Positions 19,301 through 27,541 are shown, numbered from the stretch's first letter. The stretch: 30,717 nt of DNA from an archaeon (GCA_024276825.1 JAJRWI010000028.1:1-30717); one strand, 5' to 3'. Notes: generated by a model not told the origin, from the sequence alone. Made by a program: numbers and translations.

Positions 19301-22300
19301 ATCAATTATGAAAGCAAAAGTTGCTGATTGCCAATTTCCTGCATTGTCTCTTGAGTAGACATGCAGTGTGTGTGAGCCCTCATTCAATCCTGTTGTGTTG
19401 ACACGATAGGGACTTGGAAGTGTGTTGTTTGTTCCATCATCCCATGCATAAAGAACCTGATATATCGTGTTGTTGTCATTGACCTGAAGGTCAATCATTG
19501 TACCTGATTGTATTTCTGAACCATCATTAAGATTTGCAAGCGATATAGAAGGCGGTGTGTTGTCAATAATAAAATCAAATGAAACATTTCTGCCATTTCC
19601 TGCGGCATCCTCGGCATAGACATACAGTCTGTGAATGCCCTCACTTAGTTCACTTGTGCTTACATCATAGGGACTACCAAGACTGGTGCTACTGCCATTG
19701 TCCCAGTTATATGTGACCAGATTTAGGGTATTCTCCTCAATTATATCTAGATCTATGATGATTCCTGACTGAATCTCCGCACCATTTGCAGGGCTATTGA
19801 GAATGACTCGCGGAGCAGTATCATCGATGATGAATGAATAAATTGCACTTTGCTGATTTCCTGCCTGATCTAGGGCAAACACATAGAGGGTGTGTGTTCC
19901 ATTTGACAATCCCGTAGTGTCTATGTCATATGGGCTGGCTAATGTTGAATTTGATCCTCCATCCCAGTTATATAGCACCTGACTGAGTGTGTTTGAGTCA
20001 GTCACCGCAAGATCAATAATAGTTCCAGGCTGTATCTCAGAGCCATTTGCAGGACTGTTCAACACAATATTTGGCGAAGTATCATCAATTATGAAGGAGT
20101 ATATTGCCTTCGCCCAATTTCCAGCTTGATCTCTGGCATAGACATTAAGAGTATGGCTCCCCTCTGAGAGTCCTGTTGTACTCGCATCATATGGACTGCT
20201 CAAAGTGGAGTTCGAACCACTGTCCCATGAATAAAGCACTTCAGCTATTGTGTTGCTATCTGATACATCAAGATCAATATCTGTTCCTGACTGAATCTCT
20301 TCACCATCACTCGGACTGTTCAGTGTGATAGTAGGTGCTGTTGAATCAATGATGAATGTGAAACTCACGGACTGCCAGTTTCCAGCGGCATCACTGGAGT
20401 AGACATAGAGGACATGTGTTCCATCGCCCAGTCCAGCAGTACTTACATCATACGGGTTGTTTAGTGTTTGATTCGCATTGCCATCCCAATTGAACAATGT
20501 TGTTGATAGACTGTTTGAATCACTCACACTCAAATCAATGTCAGTGCCAGGTATAATCTCTGAGTTTTCAGCTGGTGAATTAAGAACGATTGTCGGAGCG
20601 GTGTCATCTATTGTAAAACTGAATATTGCTGTCTGCCAGTTGCCTGCCTGATCTTGAGCGTATACATAGAGTGAATGTGTTCCCTCTGAGAGCCCTGTTG
20701 TACTAACATCATATGGACTGCTCAGCGATTGATTTGTTCCACCATCCCAATTGAACAATGCCTGCGATATTCCGTTTATATCGGTTATACTAAGATCAAT
20801 GGCTGTACCTGACTGGATTTCAGAGCCATCACCAGGACTGTTTAATATGATTGTTGGACTAGTATCATCCGTTGTAAATACATAGCTGGCAAATGTTGAA
20901 TGTCCGGCACTATCGGTCGCGTTGATATATAGAATATGATCTCCATCACCTATTGGCACAGATGTGTCATATGGTGATGCGAGAACCGCCCAAGCGTCAG
21001 AATCCCAGTGATAGTAAACAGTACTGAGGTCTCCATCCACATCGGTGATATTGAGGTCTACAGTAGTGCCGCTCTTGACCACAGTTCCATTTGCTGGTGA
21101 GATCAGACTGACAGTTGGTGGTGAACCTGTCACATCTTCAACGGTCCAAACGTAGACTTTGTACTGATAATTGCCTGCTTGATCAGTAGCATTGACGTAT
21201 AGAGTATGTACCCCAGTGTCCAATGGAATCTGTGTGTCATATGGCGAACTCATCATCGCCCAAGAATTAGAATCCCATTTGTAATAGACTGTGCTTAGAT
21301 GAGAGTCGCTAATGTCAAGGTCCACAGTAGTTCCTCCAGTCTGAACGGTGTTATTCTGGGGACTTACCAATGAGACCGTAGGTGCTGTGTCATCCACCGT
21401 AAATGTGAATGAAGAGTACTGATAGTTACCCGCAAGGTCGGTTGCATTAACATAGAGTGTGTGGAGACCATCACCACTTGGCGTTAACGTGTCGAATGGT
21501 GAAGTCAAGTTTGCCCAAGCATCAGAGTCCCAATGATATCTGACATAATCAAGATGAACATCAGAAATATCGAGATCAATCGTTACTCCACTCTTTAGAA
21601 CCGAACCATCAGCTGGGCTTACGAGGATTACAGATGGTGCTGTGTCATCGCAAATGAAACTTCTTGTAGATGTGTTGGTGTTGCCTGCCAGATCATAAGC
21701 AATGACGTATAGTGTGTGATTTCCATCAGCTGTGGGGACTGTGGTTTCGAAGGGTTCAGTCCAATTGGCCCATATTCCAGTGTCCCATTTGTACTGACTG
21801 TAGTCAAAATTGGCATCTGATATATCGACATCAACCGTAGTACCACTCTTTACAATGGCATTGTTTTCAGGGCTCACAAAGACCAAGGATGGATTTGTAC
21901 TGTCAGCATGCAGAACTATTCTATCAACAGTGATCTGCCTTGCAGAATCAACAGCAATCACTCGCACGGTATGGTCGCCATCAAGCAAAGACATTGGTAT
22001 TGATGAATTCGTCACACGAGCATGATACTGGCCATCTACATAGACCTCTGAGTATGTGACTGAGTTATCGTCTGATGCGTTCCATGACAGTGTGAATGGT
22101 GAGCTGACATATGCATTACTATTCGGTTGATTTATCGAAATATCGGGATATTGGTCTATTCCCAAGTAATTCAGCACTTTGCTTAATGCATCATTCCTGT
22201 CGTCTGAACTCGATATCGCCTCAAAATTGAAACCAAAGTAGACCACCTTGTAAGTTCCTGAATAACGTACAGCAGCACCAGGAGTTCCTGTCACATCATA

Positions 22301-25300
22301 CGTAAGACATTGTGAGCCCCCGTTAATGGGCGATACCTCATCAGGATATCCATTGTTTCCTCCTCCGTCTCCACCACCAACTGCATAATTGACTCCATCA
22401 AATATTGGATCACTTGCGACCCCACTTACAGCTGCACCATTGGTGTCATCGGCAATATAATCACCGTGAAGATAGGTCTGAAGCCAAGTTTCCCACGCGT
22501 TCTGATTTGAATCATAGCCAATGTCCTGACCACTGATGAACATTTTACCTCCGTTGTCAAGAAATGTTCCAATGTTGGTCCTATCAGTCGTAGAGAGAGT
22601 TGTGCTATAATCGTCGGATGTGAACCAGATCACAATATCATATGCCATTAAAGTGGTCGAGGATGGTGAACCATCAGAACTCACAGTCCATACATCAAAT
22701 CCAGTACCTTCATAAAAGCCATTGGCCTCCAGAGCGGCCTTGTAGTATTTCTCATATGATGCTCCATTATCGTCATCGACCAGCAACATCCGTGGACTTC
22801 CGGTCTTGACATAAACATTTGATGAGTCATAGACTGTGCCTCCAGAACCCACTGCTTTGGCAATAAACGTTACATTACCTGCCTCCAAACATGATACATT
22901 CATTGAATATTCATAATAGCCTGTACCGCTGTTATAGTGATCCGTAATGTCAATCCATGTGTCATTCCAGAATCGCAGGCCGACGGAAGAAAGTCCAGTG
23001 CCACTTGCTGAAACCTGCACTGTGAAGGCGCCTGTAAGCAGTTGGTCTTCTGAAGGTGTTACCAAGCTTACGGTTGGTGTTGAAGTTCCTGATGAGCTTG
23101 AAAACGTGAATAAGCCTCCATTCCCCGTTACATATTTTACAACAATGTAGTATGTGCCGCTTGAGGTTGGTGTGTATGTGATATGCTCAGATGCACCAGT
23201 TGCAAAGTTGATTGACTTAGAGATGAGAATTGGCTCGCCATAAGTATCATAGTTTCCGCTATAGAGGAATAGATCATAGTCAGCACCATCGGGCACATCA
23301 AGATTGAATGTGTATGTTGTTCCTGCAGTTAGAGTCACATGACGAGCCCATGCTTTTCTTCCATAATCGCCTGCCTCGATCGTTGCACTCTCTGCAGTTC
23401 CAATTGTATGGGCAAATAGATATGCCTCAAGTGCAGCATCTGCATTCACACGACCGTAACCCTCGACAGTGTCCTTTGCTCCTCTATTTATCGCGCTTAT
23501 TTCATAGGAAGTCATCATCAATAACTGCTTGATTGTGTAAGGCCTTGAAGTGCTATCATACACCCAGTTTTGTGATCCCCCCATTGCGTCCACAAGTAGT
23601 GCTGATAGTCCTGCCACATATGGGCATGACATGGATGTGCCTTGCATTATCGCCATATCATTAGATTGTTGCTCAGCAAAAGCTCCATCTGCCTCCTGGT
23701 CATTGGAGTCCACCGAGAGTATTGCTCCTTGAGATGAAACTCCACCCGGTGCTACAAGGTCCGGCTTCTGTGTGTTCTGATAACCCGGCCCTTCTGAAGA
23801 ATAGGATGTGATCTGGTTGTGGTCGCCCGTCGCCCCAACACAGATGACACCATCAACATGACCTGGCGTGTTAATATTGTTTGCGCCCTGCCCATCATTC
23901 CCTGCTGAAACGCAGGTCACAATTCCCTTTGAAACCAGATTGGCGGTAGCAGTATCAACAGAAGCGACAGTGCTTGAGAACCCAAGACTCATTGAGGCCA
24001 CTGTGATATGATACTTCTCTGCATTTGCGACAACCCAGTCAAGACCATTCACTAGGTCGGTGGATGATCCGGAACCTGTATTGTCAAACACCTTGACACT
24101 GACAAGTTTCGTGTCAGGTGCAACTCCACTGAATCTAAGATGTCCATCAGTGGGAGTGGAATATGGATACTTGTTAATGCCCGTCGCTCGAAACTCTTTT
24201 GGTGAAACGCTTCCCGGGAATGACACATGAATCCACACGGAATAGATTCCAATCTCGTTCTCATTCAATGTATAAGTGAGGTCTCTCTGCGAATTTGAGT
24301 TGGCAACCTGATCAACAATTGTGCCATTGGGGCTCTTTAGAATCACATCGTTACTACCGACATTTATATCGCCACTCCAAAGAGTTGTGACATCGATAGT
24401 GCCAGCAGCCTTGACTTCTATATAATAGCTAAAATAGCCTGAAACCGCCTGAGTCGTTGAATACTTGATTCCCCAAGTGCTGCCAATTCGATTTCCATCT
24501 ATTGTTGAATTATACTCCTTACCTGCAGCAATGCCTGCACAATGACTCCCATGACTGTTCTGATCTTCGGGAGACGTGGAACCATCTGCGGTAGCATCAT
24601 ACCACCCCACGATTTTTGCATTTGCAAAGTCCATATCGCCATAGGGTGATAGCATAGTATGGGTGTCATCAATGCCTGTATCCAGAATCACAATTGAACT
24701 GTTCCAATCGCCAGTATATCCAAGAGTGTCCCATACATAGGTTCGTACATTGGTGAGAAGTGTGCTGACATCTGAGTATCTTCTCATTGGCTGGTCGCGC
24801 TCGACGAGCTCGACCTCTCCAAGTTGTGATATCTGCGGGATCTTATCATATTGTATTCTTCCAGCAAATCCGTAGAATGCATGTTCGAATCGATTGGTAA
24901 CGGTCCCGCCATTAGCAATAAACGATTCAATCGCAATGTCCAACATTCCTTCTTCAACGGCGATTATCAGTTCCACGGGGTCTGACGATGTTCCATTCAA
25001 ACTCTTTTCAAGCATGATGGTTTCAAGTTCGTCGTGAATCTTGTTTCCATCACTGTCCACTGATGCAAAGATCTTTGCCTTCTGTTCTTCAAAATTAATA
25101 GTTGAAGTCGGTTCATAAATTCTTACAGGCTCAAGTTTGGGTTCAGTGACAAATTTGGGTGTTTCCTGATTCATTGAAACTGGTTGACCTTGAACCTTAG
25201 TCAGGTCATTAGTCAACCAAGGACCATTTTCAAGAATACTCGCTTCATTATTCGCATGAATGAATGATGTTGGGTTTGGTTGGACCATTAAAATTGTCAA

Positions 25301-25345
25301 AAAAACAAAGCACACAATAAGCATTCTCTTTCTAAGTAGACTCAT
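13364..25345 (-). CDS. Giant (3993 aa) membrane-anchored S8 subtilase with Ig-like repeat stalk
   Basis: Signal peptide MSLLRKRMLIVCFVFLTIL and an I9-like prodomain. Catalytic D222 (ILDTGID), H265 (HGSHCAG), N483 (SAGNDG), S571 (GTSMSCP). Then PPC-like, Ig and GATase-like domains, 32 repeats, a Thr/Pro linker, a TM helix and a YRRRSSA tail. GAGGT SD 7 nt upstream. Confidence 0.95.
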   Translation of the reverse strand: MSLLRKRMLIVCFVFLTILMVQPNPTSFIHANNEASILENGPWLTNDLTKVQGQPVSMNQETPKFVTEPKLEPVRIYEPTSTINFEEQKAKIFASVDSDGNKIHDELETIMLEKSLNGTSSDPVELIIAVEEGMLDIAIESFIANGGTVTNRFEHAFYGFAGRIQYDKIPQISQLGEVELVERDQPMRRYSDVSTLLTNVRTYVWDTLGYTGDWNSSIVILDTGIDDTHTMLSPYGDMDFANAKIVGWYDATADGSTSPEDQNSHGSHCAGIAAGKEYNSTIDGNRIGSTWGIKYSTTQAVSGYFSYYIEVKAAGTIDVTTLWSGDINVGSNDVILKSPNGTIVDQVANSNSQRDLTYTLNENEIGIYSVWIHVSFPGSVSPKEFRATGINKYPYSTPTDGHLRFSGVAPDTKLVSVKVFDNTGSGSSTDLVNGLDWVVANAEKYHITVASMSLGFSSTVASVDTATANLVSKGIVTCVSAGNDGQGANNINTPGHVDGVICVGATGDHNQITSYSSEGPGYQNTQKPDLVAPGGVSSQGAILSVDSNDQEADGAFAEQQSNDMAIMQGTSMSCPYVAGLSALLVDAMGGSQNWVYDSTSRPYTIKQLLMMTSYEISAINRGAKDTVEGYGRVNADAALEAYLFAHTIGTAESATIEAGDYGRKAWARHVTLTAGTTYTFNLDVPDGADYDLFLYSGNYDTYGEPILISKSINFATGASEHITYTPTSSGTYYIVVKYVTGNGGLFTFSSSSGTSTPTVSLVTPSEDQLLTGAFTVQVSASGTGLSSVGLRFWNDTWIDITDHYNSGTGYYEYSMNVSCLEAGNVTFIAKAVGSGGTVYDSSNVYVKTGSPRMLLVDDDNGASYEKYYKAALEANGFYEGTGFDVWTVSSDGSPSSTTLMAYDIVIWFTSDDYSTTLSTTDRTNIGTFLDNGGKMFISGQDIGYDSNQNAWETWLQTYLHGDYIADDTNGAAVSGVASDPIFDGVNYAVGGGDGGGNNGYPDEVSPINGGSQCLTYDVTGTPGAAVRYSGTYKVVYFGFNFEAISSSDDRNDALSKVLNYLGIDQYPDISINQPNSNAYVSSPFTLSWNASDDNSVTYSEVYVDGQYHARVTNSSIPMSLLDGDHTVRVIAVDSARQITVDRIVLHADSTNPSLVFVSPENNAIVKSGTTVDVDISDANFDYSQYKWDTGIWANWTEPFETTVPTADGNHTLYVIAYDLAGNTNTSTRSFICDDTAPSVILVSPADGSVLKSGVTIDLDISDVHLDYVRYHWDSDAWANLTSPFDTLTPSGDGLHTLYVNATDLAGNYQYSSFTFTVDDTAPTVSLVSPQNNTVQTGGTTVDLDISDSHLSTVYYKWDSNSWAMMSSPYDTQIPLDTGVHTLYVNATDQAGNYQYKVYVWTVEDVTGSPPTVSLISPANGTVVKSGTTVDLNITDVDGDLSTVYYHWDSDAWAVLASPYDTSVPIGDGDHILYINATDSAGHSTFASYVFTTDDTSPTIILNSPGDGSEIQSGTAIDLSITDINGISQALFNWDGGTNQSLSSPYDVSTTGLSEGTHSLYVYAQDQAGNWQTAIFSFTIDDTAPTIVLNSPAENSEIIPGTDIDLSVSDSNSLSTTLFNWDGNANQTLNNPYDVSTAGLGDGTHVLYVYSSDAAGNWQSVSFTFIIDSTAPTITLNSPSDGEEIQSGTDIDLDVSDSNTIAEVLYSWDSGSNSTLSSPYDASTTGLSEGSHTLNVYARDQAGNWAKAIYSFIIDDTSPNIVLNSPANGSEIQPGTIIDLAVTDSNTLSQVLYNWDGGSNSTLASPYDIDTTGLSNGTHTLYVFALDQAGNQQSAIYSFIIDDTAPRVILNSPANGAEIQSGIIIDLDIIEENTLNLVTYNWDNGSSTSLGSPYDVSTSELSEGIHRLYVYAEDAAGNGRNVSFDFIIDNTPPSISLANLNDGSEIQSGTMIDLQVNDNNTIYQVLYAWDDGTNNTLPSPYRVNTTGLNEGSHTLHVYSRDNAGNWQSATFAFIIDDTAPVVTLNSPGDGSEIQSATLIDLDISDSNTLNQTYYYWDGMSNSSYALASPYNIDTSAISEGQHYVTVHATDMAGNEVIVNYTFVFDNAPPTITLNTPADGSEIKSGTTIDLSINDTNTIYTVIYNWDGAANSTINTPYDVDTAGILEGTRQLNVYARDNAGNWQSAIYSFIIDDTAPTVVLNSPANGAEIKSGTEIDLSISDVNTLYQTLYNWDGSSNTTLNSPYDVSTSGLSEGIHTINVYSRDQAGNWRYSAFSFIIDDTPPTIVLNSPTDGAEIQSGTIVDLTVSDDNTLSQVMYNWDGSSNISLSSPFDIDTTNLNEGTHTLHVYAQDVAGNWQGAIYSFIIDDTAPTITLVNPIDNAEINSGVTIDLDITESNTLNQVLYAWDTNANSSLASPYDVSTAGLSEGAHVLYAYARDEAGNWQGATFHFTIDDTAPNIVLNTPNNGSEIQSGTNIDLDVNEINTLSEVLYAWDSGQNNTLVVPYDIDTSTLNEGSHTLSVYARDAADNWAKATYTYVIDDTPPTITLNSPADGSEIKSGTLIDLSVNDANTISQVTYNWDGSVNQTLVSPYDISTAGLDEGDHSLRVYAEDNAGNLRYVTYTFTIDDTAPSIILNSPGDGSEIQSGVIIDLSISDNNTINQVVYNWDGNANQTMSSPYDVDTQGLSEGSHLLHIYAEDLAGNWAKSTYTFIIDDIAPTITLNSPADNAEIQSGTVIDLSILDDNTLQQSLYSWDGGINQTLNSPYDIDTSGLGEGSHILHITAEDAAGNIQTSIFTFIIDDTAPTIILSSPADGSEIRSGSIIDLDITDSNSVNSAQYAWDSGSNISFSSPYDIQVSGLSEGTHVLHAYAYDDAGNTRTSSFTFIVDDTAPIITLYEPTDGSIIQSGTIIDLDIFDTNTLSSALYNWNGGSNNTLNSPWDISTAGLSEGLSTLNVYSCDNAGNWNHQTYSFTIDDTAPDIILLTPANNTVQNSGVTVLVQVNDDHLLSVEYHWNTDSWVVWNASYETTIPAGDGLHTLYINATDYAGNFRLSRCVFETDDTAPAITLLGPTNNTIHHSGTIIDLTIDDPNLDSAVYHWDSEAWATFPDPYDTSLPTGDGQHVLYVNATDSVGNWNLEKYVFTTDDSRPLIILNSPTNNSICASGTLINVSVQDTDLDFVMYKWDSNSWAIWNAPYDTYLPAGDGIHVLSINATDLVGNYELVDYHFTTDDTLPVITLVSPANESVHQSGYTIDIDINDENLDVAYYRWDGGVWTLFLSPFNSEFQTGDGNHALEIDAVDQAGNHRFALFEFITDDTTPSIILVAPLNNTIQQSGTDIDVSISDSHLQQVMFHWDSDSWQVWASPYDTTLPSGDGLHTLYVSAVDIAGNNKVQMFQFEVDDSAPYIELVSPNNSTVQHGGINVFLNVTDANLNLVEVQWDSGTWVGITTPYTTTIPSGDGEHILRVRAEDVVNNVNQILFVWTVDDTAPTISLIAPANNSVIRSSHVIDIDVNDANSVVVGYVWNSSFWGVVSSPYSIPVPSGDGTWFLQVNATDEADNYVDMKYVFVVDDTIPKIVLISPSNATVHESGTNVYLSITDIHLTTVQIRVDQGNWTVLVEPYTLTLPSIEGEHVFNINASDESGNTAAVSLVFIVDDSSPIIGGPDDGSYAETTTGNTISWHVMDANPAGYEIFLNGTIIHSGFLNSTDQWIEISIDSHDLGNYNYCIRAWDVLDHTSIHSVLVDVYDGTPPIVDSPMDITYNESDTGYFITWTFYDLHPVSYQIYRDGELILSEIWTEMSWNVSISVDVLSVGIYNFTISLNDIGGNIVSDTVIVSVMDATIPTICSPPDVTYTEGETGHAINWTAYDDHPYRYEITCDGVIMKAGFWNASGESFYINVDNHLAGGYVYMLEVFDIGGNSMTDIVLVIVNELGSTPTTTTTTPITETPTTNTTVGPGIGNFLGGQFTFAISMVIGASAVIVIIVVIIYRRRSSA
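13556..21904 (-). repeat. 32 tandem Ig-like coding repeats in three classes (4A-17B-8A-3C)
   Basis: Counted by hand from the DDTAP...WD...PYD...DxAGN unit. The B block (20869-16427) is 1481 aa = 17x87+2. The second A block (16426-14387) is 680 aa = 8x85. Confidence 0.93.
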
Positions 25346-25443
25346 TCGCTAGACCTCTGAATCATAGATGAGAATAATGCCCTAAGGCATTGAACAATTG
25401 CATTTGATGCATCTAGAGATTTTATCATGCTTTGGAACCATAT

Positions 25444-25457
25444 CTTTTAAATTCGTT
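25444..25457 (-). promoter_or_regulatory. Putative BRE-TATA promoter for the giant subtilase
   Basis: Minus strand reads AACGAA-TTTAAAAG about 100 nt upstream of the ATG. Confidence 0.35.
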
Positions 25458-25513
25458 GTTTTGTTATTTTCTAAATTGTTCTTTTATGGAATCAGTATTA
25501 CAAGAGCATTCGC

Positions 25514-26284
25514 TCAACGCCTTTTTCTTAAAAGAACAAGAATTGTCTTAGGGACCAGATATCCAAAGAGAATCGCCATTGCAACAACATATCCAATACC
25601 AACAAATGGTGAAATCAACATTAGAGACTGCGCTGGCTCAATCACAAAGGCTCCTATTATGTATCCGATAAAATATGCGGCCACATATGGGATATAGTTT
25701 GAAACAGGAGAAATCAGAATAAACAGTAATCCAAGGATTGTTGAGGTCTTTAACCATTTCTTGTATTCATCATTGCTCATTTTTATGTAGATATAATCTT
25801 CGGCATCAAGTATCAAGATGTCCTCTTCCATGGCTGCTTGGAGCAACTGTTCTGATGTCTTTACTTTTCCAGGTCCAAGGATTATGAAAAGGGCAATGAT
25901 GAAAACAACAATTGCCATTCCCAAGGTCTGTACGATGTACACATAGAAGATGCCAATCAGTAATGTGAACATCCCGACAGCAAGTCCGATGCACATTGTT
26001 GCAAGGAATGTATTATCCATGAATGTGTCCTGGATTAGACTTCCTGCTTGTCCATGTGTTTTTCTTACCACATTAGTCATCAGCCACTCATGTGAGAAGC
26101 ACCTTGTGTATTCTGTATTTCCTGAGAGATCTAGTCCTCTAATGTTATTCTCAATACTTAGACGTAATTCAAGCTCATCATATGCGGTCTTGTTACGACT
26201 TCTCCAAAGGGTGTACAGTGAAATAGCAAAGCCCGATAAGAGAAAGGCCCATACAAGATCCATCGGTTTCATCTCAATAATCAT
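25514..26284 (-). CDS. Uncharacterised multi-pass membrane protein
   Basis: 256 aa with 5-6 hydrophobic segments and a basic C-terminus (LRKRR). No family motif recognised. Confidence 0.8.
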   Translation of the reverse strand: MIIEMKPMDLVWAFLLSGFAISLYTLWRSRNKTAYDELELRLSIENNIRGLDLSGNTEYTRCFSHEWLMTNVVRKTHGQAGSLIQDTFMDNTFLATMCIGLAVGMFTLLIGIFYVYIVQTLGMAIVVFIIALFIILGPGKVKTSEQLLQAAMEEDILILDAEDYIYIKMSNDEYKKWLKTSTILGLLFILISPVSNYIPYVAAYFIGYIIGAFVIEPAQSLMLISPFVGIGYVVAMAILFGYLVPKTILVLLRKRR

Positions 26285-26674
26285 ACATTGCTTTTTTTCA
26301 AATCTCGAATTTTGGTTTTATTCTTATTCAATTACTGCTTTAGGCATTTTTTACTCTCTTAATATCTTCCTATGAACATCTTATTTGGTATTGAACTTAA
26401 TCATATATTTCGTTTCATATTGGGCCAATTGTTAGATTTATTCGAGGATCTCAAGAAACATGATTAATTCTGAGTTTAACGCAAATCTTTTGCCAATGTG
26501 ATGTTTTTGATTTACTGCATTATGGAATATCAAAATTATCCCCGTGAAGTCATGCGTGGATTCACTTCCTGCATGTGTTCCTGTTACAAAATCTTCTTGG
26601 CAAAATGCAATGATATATTATGAAAGAATTAATCAAGGTCATTAATATCATTCGGTAATGAAAGGGGCATCACC

Positions 26675-27529
26675 TTGGTAGAGATCATTAATCCTCATAC
26701 CACTGAAGAACTGACTGAATGGCTGCGTCTAGTAAGCATAAATCATCAAGACTTTTCAGCAGATGTTTCTCTTGAAGTAGATGAAATCATGCAACTCTTC
26801 CAGAGTCATGAACTCGAACTTGGAAACCTTTTCCTTATTCGAAAGAATGGAATCGCTAAATGTGCCGCGCGATTTAACCCACATCTTGGTATTATATCGG
26901 ACCTGTCCCCATCGCCTGGGGAACGAGAGCATTGTGCTCCTCTTATAGATGCTATGATCAAATTGGCCCGTGAAAAACAGTTCAATAGAATCTCGTGTTG
27001 GATTCCTGGTCATAGAATACGGGTTGCGGGACTCCTAAGTCAATTTACATTTGACACTCGCCAAGTTCGATTCATCATGCAATTGAATCTGAGTGACCTT
27101 CAAGCCAAAAAGCCCACTGAATCAACGATACGCAAGTATCAAGAGTCCGATCCCTCATATCATTCGCTTAGCCCAGCAAGAGAAACTCAAGTTTCAATTT
27201 TTGAACTTGCAGAATCTGCTAAGATGGACTGGACGCCAAGACTTGTGGGCTCGCTTGATAAGAGTAATTTGCCCATACTTGTTGCATTCATCTCAAAACA
27301 TGATAACAAAAGATCACTTATCCGGTTATTGAAAGAATCAATCAACACCTTTTATTCAACAGATCTTCAAGATTTGATTATTGACATACTCTACAAGCTG
27401 TTGGATTTAGACACAGGTCATGTGGAAATGGAACTCGACGGTGATTATCGACTGATTGACTTTCTAAAATCATTGGGCTTTGTGAGAGACCGTGTACTTG
27501 TAGAACTATCTTTGCCCCTGTTATATTAA
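26675..27529 (+). CDS. Hypothetical protein, probable divergent tandem GNAT fold
   Basis: Two half-domains each end in GNAT-like segments (LIDAMIKLAREKQFNRI...LLSQFTF and LIDFLKSLGFVRDR). TTG start with an AGGGG SD. No canonical acetyl-CoA R/QxxGxG motif. Confidence 0.55.
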   Translation: MVEIINPHTTEELTEWLRLVSINHQDFSADVSLEVDEIMQLFQSHELELGNLFLIRKNGIAKCAARFNPHLGIISDLSPSPGEREHCAPLIDAMIKLAREKQFNRISCWIPGHRIRVAGLLSQFTFDTRQVRFIMQLNLSDLQAKKPTESTIRKYQESDPSYHSLSPARETQVSIFELAESAKMDWTPRLVGSLDKSNLPILVAFISKHDNKRSLIRLLKESINTFYSTDLQDLIIDILYKLLDLDTGHVEMELDGDYRLIDFLKSLGFVRDRVLVELSLPLLY

Positions 27530-27541
27530 ATCCTAATTTGG

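Noticed and set aside
13556-21904. CRISPR array or DNA-level satellite
   Set aside because: The periodicity is 255-261 nt, in frame, conserved at protein level and diverged in DNA. There is no repeat-spacer pattern.
24139-24517. Intein in the subtilase
   Set aside because: No C/S start with an HN-C/S/T end and no LAGLIDADG motif. The segment looks like a beta-sandwich domain.
26285-26674. AT-rich 390-nt gap as a replication origin or ncRNA
   Set aside because: No ORB-like repeats, no cdc6/orc1 nearby and no convincing structure. A divergent promoter region is sufficient explanation.
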